From: an uncultured bacterium
Lineage (GTDB): Bacteria; Zhuqueibacterota; QNDG01; DTFT01
Direction of reading: 5' to 3'
DNA length: 64,000 nt
Assembly (NCBI GenBank): GCA_963736115.1
Contig: CAVTNR010000009.1
Span: 166,051-230,050 of the forward strand
Positions 57,030-64,000 of the stretch are shown one piece after another (position 1 is the stretch's first letter; each line of letters opens with the position of its first letter). The notes below the pieces were generated by a model. The model ran no database searches and was not told the DNA's origin. It saw nothing but the letters and a program-made list of their open reading frames with translations. Both the position numbers and the translations under genes were made by a program.

Positions 57030-58142
57030 TCAATCCTCCAGCCTGAGCTTGAACTGGCGGATGCCGACCGTCGTAACGATCAGGCCGAATGCCAGGAGAA
57101 AAAGAAAGGGTTCCCGAAGCGCGGCGGTTTCCGTTCCCTTGAGCATCACATGACGGATGATCTTCAGAAAATACGTGGCCGGCACGAATGACGACAGAAC
57201 CTGCAGCACTTTCGGAAGGGAGGCGATGGGGAACATGAACCCGGAAAGCAGAAGACTGGGCAGAAAAGTCAGAACCTGCGACGCCATCATGGCCACCATC
57301 TGGGACTTCGCGCGGCCGGAGATCAGCACGCCGATCGAAAGCGCGCAGAACACGTACACGAGGGCCGCGGCCAGCAGAAACACGGCATTGCCCCGGAACG
57401 GCACCCCGAAAACCGCCATGGAGAACAGGATCACCAGGCCGGAATCGAGCAGGGCGATGAGTATATAGGGCGCGAGCTTTCCGGCCACGAGCTCCGCGGG
57501 CCGGATCGGAGAGACCAGAATCTGCTCGAGCGTGCCTGTCTCGCGCTCGCGGACGAGCGTGATGGATGTCAGAAGCACGCAGATCATCATCATGACCACG
57601 GCCACCAAACCGGGCACGATGAAATGCGAGCTCTTGAGGTCCGGGTTGTACCAGACGCGCGGCTGAATGGATACGGGAAGCAAACCGGTTCCGGCGTTCA
57701 TCTCGAGGGTCTGCACGGCGCAGAACATGCGCAGATAGTTCACCGCGACCTGCGCGGTGTTGGCGTTCGAACCGTCCACGATGAACTGCACATGCGTGTC
57801 CCCATCCCGCTTCAGAGAGCGGCCGGTGCCGGGCGGAATGACGAGGCCCGCCTTGAATGCGCCCCGCATCAGCCCTTGCGACAGGTCCTCGCGATCCTCC
57901 AGAATCTCGGCGGTGCGGAAATAACCCGAGGCCGTGAGGTCCCGCGCCAGCGCCCGTGAGTCCGCGGTCCGGTCCTGGTCCAGCAGGCCCATGGGGATCT
58001 CGCGTATGTCGAACGTGATCGCGTACCCGTAGAGAAAAACCATGCTGACCGGCCAGAGAAACACGACCGCGAGGCTCCTCGGATCACGGAGAATGTGGAT
58101 GAACTCCTTGCGGAGAACGGCCATCAATCGGCGCGGGCTCAT
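57030..58142 (-). CDS. ABC-2 transporter permease (YbhS-like)
   Basis: KEF.HI.RD, WYNP.L.S..F.VPG, RERETGTLEQ. Confidence 0.92.
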   Translation of the reverse strand: MSPRRLMAVLRKEFIHILRDPRSLAVVFLWPVSMVFLYGYAITFDIREIPMGLLDQDRTADSRALARDLTASGYFRTAEILEDREDLSQGLMRGAFKAGLVIPPGTGRSLKRDGDTHVQFIVDGSNANTAQVAVNYLRMFCAVQTLEMNAGTGLLPVSIQPRVWYNPDLKSSHFIVPGLVAVVMMMICVLLTSITLVRERETGTLEQILVSPIRPAELVAGKLAPYILIALLDSGLVILFSMAVFGVPFRGNAVFLLAAALVYVFCALSIGVLISGRAKSQMVAMMASQVLTFLPSLLLSGFMFPIASLPKVLQVLSSFVPATYFLKIIRHVMLKGTETAALREPFLFLLAFGLIVTTVGIRQFKLRLED

Positions 58143-58950
58143 TGCGACGCAATCCTCCTGCCGATCAGTTCCACGAACGCGTCCTCCATGGTCGCCCATC
58201 CGCCCGATGCCTTGAGTTCGGCCGGCGATCCCATGGCCACGATTCGGCCGTCGTGCATGATGGACAGCCGGTTGCAGTATTCAGCCTCATCCATGTAATG
58301 CGTGGTGACAAAAATCGTGGTGCCCCCTTCCGCCAGGTCATGGATGAGCCGCCAGAACGCGCGGCGCGAAACCGGGTCCACGCCGCCCGTGGGCTCGTCG
58401 AGGAACAGCAGGCCGGGCTTGTGGAGCATGGCCGCGGTGAGCGCGAGCCTCTGTTTCCAGCCCAGAGGGATTTCGCGGGGGAAGCGTCCGTACAGGGTCT
58501 CCAGGCCGGTGAATGCGGTCGCGCTTTTCAGCGCGGCGCGGAAAGCGTTACCTTCCAGGCCGTGCACGCCTCCGGCGAATTCCAGATTCTCATGGACGGT
58601 CAGGTCGTCGTACAGGGAGAATTTCTGCGACATGTACCCGATATGGCCTTTGAGGCTGTCGGAATCGGATGCAATGTCGAATCCCTCGACAACTGCCCGG
58701 CCGGATGTCGGGGCCAGCAAACCGGCCAGCATGCGGATGGTAGTCGTCTTGCCCGCGCCGTTTGCGCCGAGAAAGCCGAATATCTCCCCGTCCCGCACCC
58801 GGAACGAAATGCCGTCCACTGCCGTGAATTTTCCGAATTTGCGGACAAGATTCTCCACGATCACGGAATCGGATCGGAATGCGCCTGCTTTTTCTTTACG
58901 ATCTCCGTCACCGGACCGATACCGGGCTTATTTTTATCAGGCCGTTTCAT
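58139..58950 (-). CDS. ABC transporter ATP-binding protein; probable frameshift near 58870 (or true start at GTG 58864)
   Basis: GANGAGKTT, LDEPTGGVDP, TTHYMDEAE; ATG 58950 overlaps the upstream stop but is out of frame by one base. Confidence 0.85.
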
Positions 58951-59870
58951 CCGCCCATGAGCTCCACAAAAGTGTCCTCGATTCCCGGCCGGATGCGGCT
59001 GATCCGGCCCGGCTTGCCTGCCGCGCTTTCCGACAGGGTGCGGCGGATCATGGCTTCAAGCGCTTCCGGTTTCTCGGGTCCGCTGACATGGATGCGGTCC
59101 CCATAGGCCTGCACGGAGCGGAAAAGGCCCGAGCCGGTCAGTGCTTTCGCGAACCGGGCCGGGTCCACGCATTCCACTTCAACCAAAGTGTTCCGGAACA
59201 GCTTCGGAATGTCCGCCGGTTTGTCCGTGTGCAGAATGCGGCCCTTGTGCATCAGGGCGACGCGGTCGCACCTGCCGGCCTCGTCCATATAAGGCGTGGT
59301 CACCAGTATGGACACGCCCTCGGCCCTGAGTTCCGACAGGATGTCCCAGAATTCCCTTCTGGAAACGGGATCCACGCCCGTGGTGGGCTCGTCGAGCAGG
59401 AGCACTTTGGGGGTGTGGATGAGCGTGCACGACAGGGCCAGTTTCTGCTTCATACCGCCGGACAGGGCCGCGGCCTTCCGGTCCGAGAATGAGCCGAGCC
59501 TGCTGAACTTCATGAGCCGCTCGAGCCTGCGCCTCCTATCCGCTGGAGACACTTCGAACAGATCCGCAAAAAATCGCAGGTTTTCGGCCACGGTAAGGTC
59601 CGGGTACAGGGAGAATCGCTGGGGCATGTAACCGACTATGGCGCGCACAGCCGCGGTCTGGCGGGCCGTGTCCAGGCCGGCCAATCTGCACTCCCCTGAA
59701 TCGAATCGGATCAGGCCGCACAGCGACCGGAGCAGAGTCGTCTTGCCCGCGCCGTCGGGCCCGATGAGCCCGGTCATTTCACCCGATGCCGCGGTCAGGT
59801 CCACGCCGTCAATGGCCGTGACGTTTCCGTAGCGCTTGACGAGGCCTTTGATTTCGATTGCGGGGGTCAT
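58947..59870 (-). CDS. ABC transporter ATP-binding protein
   Basis: GPDGAGKTT, LSGGMKQKL, LDEPTTGVDP. Confidence 0.93.
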   Translation of the reverse strand: MTPAIEIKGLVKRYGNVTAIDGVDLTAASGEMTGLIGPDGAGKTTLLRSLCGLIRFDSGECRLAGLDTARQTAAVRAIVGYMPQRFSLYPDLTVAENLRFFADLFEVSPADRRRRLERLMKFSRLGSFSDRKAAALSGGMKQKLALSCTLIHTPKVLLLDEPTTGVDPVSRREFWDILSELRAEGVSILVTTPYMDEAGRCDRVALMHKGRILHTDKPADIPKLFRNTLVEVECVDPARFAKALTGSGLFRSVQAYGDRIHVSGPEKPEALEAMIRRTLSESAAGKPGRISRIRPGIEDTFVELMGG

Positions 59871-59879
59871 TCTTTTTTC

Positions 59880-60147
59880 AGTTCATAGTTTATAGTTCAT
59901 GGTTCATAGTTAATTTCATTTGGTAGCCGCAGCCCTTCAATATTCTCATAATATAATAACTTGGTCCCGTTCATCGGGGCTTCAGGCTGCGCAAGGTTGT
60001 CGTACATTCATACCCCCGCAATTTTCTGAATGAAACCCTGAAGGGTAAATTCCACAAAAATGCATTCTGACCTATTTTAACTATGAACAATGAACCATGA
60101 ACTAGGAACTTAATTCTAAAATGCGCAACCTAAAGGTTGCGGCTACC
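59880..60147. repeat. Interleaved heptamer arrays and GTAGCCGCA-family REP pair
   Basis: GTTCATA array 59880-59911, GGTAGCCGCAG at 59922, TATGAAC array 60079-60105, CGCAACCTAAAGGTTGCGGCTACC 60124-60147. Confidence 0.75.
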
Positions 60148-60173
60148 TTACCCGAAACGGATAGAATCAAGAC

Positions 60174-61067
60174 TTAAGGTATAAGGACATCCGCCGGCAT
60201 CCCTATCTTCAACGTCCCGTCCGGATTCGACACTTCGACCTTCACCGCGTACACCAGATCCGAACGCGCGTCGCGCGTCTGCACCATTTTCGGCGTGAAC
60301 TCGGCCTTCTGCGAAATCCAGGACACTCTTCCCTTGAACTCACGTCCGGGCGCGGAATCAATGCGGAGTACAGCCTCGCTGTTCAGCCTGATCCTGCCCA
60401 GATCCGTTTCCTTCACATACACCTTGATCCACATCCGCTCCAGATCCGCGACCGCTGCCACGGGTCCGCCGGGTCTGGCGATTTCGCCACGGTCCAGGTA
60501 TAATTGCGTCACAATACCGGACAGCGGCGAACGCAAGGTCGCGTCATCCAGTCCGCTTTCCGCCAGTTCGAGTTGGAGCCGCACCTGCTCCTCCTTGGAG
60601 CCCAAAGCCTGCAGGCTGGTTCTGCTGTTTTCATACTGCGTTTTCGCTGCCAGAAATCCGGTTTCCGCGTCCTCGAACTGCTGCTGAGACACGCTGGACT
60701 CTTCGTGCAGAGCGCGGATGCGGTTGAATTTCTTCTCCGCGGCCTTGAAATTCTCCTCAGCCAGGGCAGCGGCCCGTTCCGCGTTCCGGATGTTGAGACG
60801 GACTTCATTCAGGCCGGCCGCGAGCTGACGCTTCTGCAGGCTGAGCTTTTCCGTTTCAATGATGCAGAGTACGTCCCCCCAGCCCACGGAATCCCCTTCC
60901 TGCACAGCCAGGGAATCCACGGTTCCGGCTGTTTTGGCGCCGATGGTGATTTCCGTGGCCTCGAGAACTCCGGACCCGTCAAATGCGGGCGCGGGTTTGC
61001 GGGAACAGCCCATCCATCCGAGCAGAATCAGGCAGGCTGCGGCTGTCGTGTATGCCGATCGTTTCAT
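60174..61067 (-). CDS. HlyD-family periplasmic adaptor subunit (YbhG-like lipoprotein)
   Basis: Lipobox WMGC, VQEGD.V, SP.SG, AEFTPK.VQT...R..LVY.VK, LK.GMPA. Confidence 0.92.
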   Translation of the reverse strand: MKRSAYTTAAACLILLGWMGCSRKPAPAFDGSGVLEATEITIGAKTAGTVDSLAVQEGDSVGWGDVLCIIETEKLSLQKRQLAAGLNEVRLNIRNAERAAALAEENFKAAEKKFNRIRALHEESSVSQQQFEDAETGFLAAKTQYENSRTSLQALGSKEEQVRLQLELAESGLDDATLRSPLSGIVTQLYLDRGEIARPGGPVAAVADLERMWIKVYVKETDLGRIRLNSEAVLRIDSAPGREFKGRVSWISQKAEFTPKMVQTRDARSDLVYAVKVEVSNPDGTLKIGMPADVLIP

Positions 61068-61208
61068 AAAGACCTCTTTCACTTGATGATTCCCCACGGC
61101 TGAAGCCGTGGGCTCCATGTTCTATATTCTTTGCGCTATGCCCTGTGCGCTCTCAACTCGGAACCCGGAACTCGAAACTCGGAACTTTCGAATTTATATC
61201 CCGCGCTT

Positions 61209-62574
61209 TCATTCATGAAACCCTGAAGGGTTAATTCCGTAATCCGCCACTTTCCCCACCGCCCTGCGCCACGCGGACCGGGCGATGAACACATCGATCT
61301 CAGTCTGCGCCTTCAGGGTGCGACTGCGGTCCCATTCAGACTGGGCGTCGAAGAATTCGGAATGCGAAGACTGGCCCTGCTTGTACAGGTTCTCGGCCAC
61401 GCGGAAACCTTCGGATGCCTGTTCTTCCATCTCCGAGACCAGGGCCAGACGTTTCCCCGCCTCCTCCAGCCTGAGCACGGAACGGGTCACATCAAGGACC
61501 ACGGCTTCGCGTATCTTCCTCTCCGTGTCCTTCATCTTCCCGGCCTGCAGGGACGCCTGTTTGTGCCTCGAGGCCGTTTTCCCCCATTCCCAGAGATTCC
61601 ATTCCAGGCCCGCCCCGACCAGCCAATAGTCCATCCACTCGCGGCCGATAAAATTGATTCCCGGCTTGCCGTATCCCAGAACGCCGAATGCAGCCACGGA
61701 CGGAAACCACCGGCCCGCTGTCACAGCCTTCCCTTCCTCAGCCGCTTTGACCGCGAACCGCGCTCCTGCCAGTTCAGGTCTGGCTTGTTCAGCGGAACGG
61801 ATCGAGGTCTCGAGGTCTACGGACGCGGACGTATCCGGCTTCACATCCGAGAGCACAGCGCCCGCGGGAAGCGGCCGGCCCATGGCGTTTTCCAGAAACG
61901 CGTCCGCCAGCCTCACCGCGTTCTCGGCCTGCAGAACCGCGAGCTCGGCCTCGGTGCGCCTGACTCGGGCCTTGAGCAGTTCATCCCGCTTGATCAGTCC
62001 CTGCTCGAAAAACCGCTCGACATCCGCAAGATGGGCGCCGACCTGATCACGTCCGGACCTCGCGATGTCGAGCAGTTTCCTCGCCTTCAGGCATCCGCCG
62101 TACGCGGCTTCCACGGTCTGGACGCATTCACTGCGCCTCGCTTCGACTTCGGCAGTCCGGGCAGAAGCGGCCGCATCCGCCGCGCGTTTCGCATGCACCA
62201 GGCGGAACCCCGTGAACAGCGGCTGTGTGGCCGTGAGCCGCAGGTCCGTCTGGTCCCGTACGCCGAGGGACATCCCGCCTTCAGGGAACAGGGAGACCGG
62301 CGGACCGCTGCTCCACGGGAGAACGATCGACGGGGAATTCGAGTTTCGGCACCATGCTCTGCCGCCTGAATGATCCCGAAGCATCCACGGACGGGAAAAA
62401 GGAAGCCAGGGCCTGGGCCGCATCCTCTTTCGCGGATCGTGCGTCCGACTCAGCGACAGCCAGGGTCGGATTGGACTCCAGCCCGGCTCGGACGCAATTC
62501 TCGAGCGTGACCATTGTCTGTCCCGAACAGACGGCGGCGAAAAATCCGAAGAACAGCCAATTGCGGACTCTCAT
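61209..62574 (-). CDS. TolC-family outer membrane efflux protein; one extra base at ~62332-62335
   Basis: TLENCV..GL..NP.L and FPSV in the N-terminal frame; QPLFTG, RPEL, WNLWEWG in the second; joins as LEFPSIVL. Confidence 0.85.
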
Positions 62575-62584
62575 TCAAATCCCC

Positions 62585-63244
62585 TTATCTCGGCAAAAGC
62601 CCGTTCAGAACCAGATCCGACACGGCCTTTTCGCGCATCTCCAGCAGTTTTTCCTCGGGCACGGATGCGAACACATCGGGCCAGCCGACGGACAGCACGG
62701 GCCTGGCGATGAAATAGAAGACGTTCATGGAAATGATGTTCAGAATGGTCTGAAGCGGATCCACGTTACGGATTTTTCCGGACCGGGCACCGGCCTCGAA
62801 AATGCGGACAAAATCGGGGTAGCGATCGGACTTGATTCTTCCGAAAATTTCCCCCAGCACTTTGGGGACTATCGGATGATTCGAGTGCATTTCCCTGAGC
62901 AGGATTTTGGGGATAGCCGGGTGTTCTGCCAGAAATTGGAAATGCAAGTGTACGATTTGTGGTATCAGCGTTCTGGGATCCGGATCGCCTTGAGGCCGGA
63001 TTTCAGAGAAACGGGTGAAGAGCTCCTCGAATGTTTCGCGCAGAACAGCCTCGAACAGGGCTTCCTTGGACCGGAAGTAATAGTAAATCATGGCTTTATT
63101 GGCGCCTGCCCGGTCCGCTATGGCCTGCATTCTCGCGCCGTCGAATCCTCTTTCGATGAATTCCTCGGTTGCTGAAGCCTTGATCTTTTCGCGTGTGGAT
63201 TCTTCAGGAATATTGTTTATGGCTTCATTCATATCATTAACCAA
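62585..63244 (-). CDS. TetR/AcrR family transcriptional regulator (start may be ATG 63232)
   Basis: F.ERGFDGA.M..IA..AG.NKAMIYYYF.SKE.LF HTH. Confidence 0.93.
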   Translation of the reverse strand: MVNDMNEAINNIPEESTREKIKASATEEFIERGFDGARMQAIADRAGANKAMIYYYFRSKEALFEAVLRETFEELFTRFSEIRPQGDPDPRTLIPQIVHLHFQFLAEHPAIPKILLREMHSNHPIVPKVLGEIFGRIKSDRYPDFVRIFEAGARSGKIRNVDPLQTILNIISMNVFYFIARPVLSVGWPDVFASVPEEKLLEMREKAVSDLVLNGLLPR

Positions 63245-63297
63245 CCATTTGGTTTAACTGAATGGTTAAATATAATGCGGCGAAATGAAAAAGTCAA
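63237..63297 (-). promoter_or_regulatory. Sigma-70-like promoter with overlapping palindromic operator candidates
   Basis: TTGACT-N17-TATATT (63297-63269) followed by TTTAAC-N6-GTTAAA and AACCA-AA-TGGTT palindromes. Confidence 0.6.
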
Positions 63298-63316
63298 GAT
63301 ATCTTTAAAAAACCCG

Positions 63317-63555
63317 GTAGCCGCAGGCTTCAACCCGAGAAAGTCACGATATCCTTTAAAACCTGGTAGCCGCAGGCTTCAGCCTGCGAATGTATATAAC
63401 CAAAAAGGTCCGAAAGCCTCGCCTGCTTCGCAGTACTCGGCATTTCGGACCTACATTCTTTGAACTTTCTCAAATCGCAGCCTAAAGGCTGCGGCTACCT
63501 GAAAATATAAAGGCGAGGAGGGGAACTATGAACCATGAACTCTGAACTATGAACT
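63317..63555. repeat. REP cluster: GTAGCCGCAGGCTTCAGCCTGCG units, nested GTAGGTCCGA-family unit, heptamer array
   Basis: GTAGCCGCAGG at 63317 and 63366, inverted copy 63476-63498, AGGTCCGAAA...TTTCGGACCTAC 63406-63454, ACTATGA array 63523-63555. Confidence 0.75.
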
Positions 63556-63559
63556 CGTA

Positions 63560-64000
63560 TTAATCCGCAGCCCCGTACCTCAGCGTCTCCCCCATCCATT
63601 CGCTGACATCGCGCCATTTGGCCTGGCGCGCGGAAATCCACGTGTGCAGGTTCAGAGACGCGGACTCGATGGACCAGTCCTCCTCATTCGCCCAGTACAG
63701 AATGCCCTCTTCCATGTACATCTTGGCCCCGAAAATCACGGGGTAGTACTGCTCGGGCGTGGGCGCGAGGTTGAAATGCGTGACGTTTTCAAACAGGATT
63801 TCAATGGCAGAGGGCGACGCAACCTGGCGCTGAAAAAGCACGCGGATGCGGGTGTTGAGTCCGTTGGGGTAGTACATGCTCAGGTCGGACTTCACCCAAT
63901 GGTCGGTCCACAGGTGCACTTCGCGCAGACAGCTGTCGCGGAAATTGCCGAATGCCCGCATGACCTGATCCACGTCTTCGTTCGAGGCGATTTCGATCCA
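63560..64000 (-). CDS. Hypothetical protein, 5' end at or beyond the window edge
   Basis: Open frame from the window end (WIEIASNEDVDQVMRAFGNFRDSCLRE...) to the stop at 63560. Confidence 0.65.
   Translation of the reverse strand, partial: WIEIASNEDVDQVMRAFGNFRDSCLREVHLWTDHWVKSDLSMYYPNGLNTRIRVLFQRQVASPSAIEILFENVTHFNLAPTPEQYYPVIFGAKMYMEEGILYWANEEDWSIESASLNLHTWISARQAKWRDVSEWMGETLRYGAAD

Overview
GC-rich bacterial chromosomal segment with almost all genes on the minus strand. Secreted proteins ending in an 'NYPNPF..' FlgD/T9SS-like tail suggest an FCB-group organism such as KSB1 (inference only). It holds housekeeping genes (proC, greA, lpdA, mlaFED-like, gpmI, panC, rtcB, argS, rsfS, rnr, pepD), a TetR-TolC-HlyD-ABC export operon and many peptidases. 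The most notable locus is at 27.8-37.0 kb. Three secreted enzymes (C1A cysteine protease, PL11/FG-GAP-like propeller, S8 subtilase) share a ~210-aa C-terminal module ending in a duplicated dockerin-like Ca-binding repeat. They flank a small secreted protein with a cohesin-like N-terminal domain and a sorting tail, and a consensus sigma-54 promoter lies upstream: a candidate cellulosome-like protease/lyase complex. Also notable are a 156-bp structured IS200/IS605-end-like element (4 copies, one interrupting a gene), several nested REP-like repeat families, and a galactokinase-like/GalU fusion with a candidate attenuator leader next to galM. Seven genes carry frameshifts that may be assembly indels. 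No rRNA, tRNA, CRISPR array or transposase gene was recognised. All protein calls come from motif recognition, not database searches.
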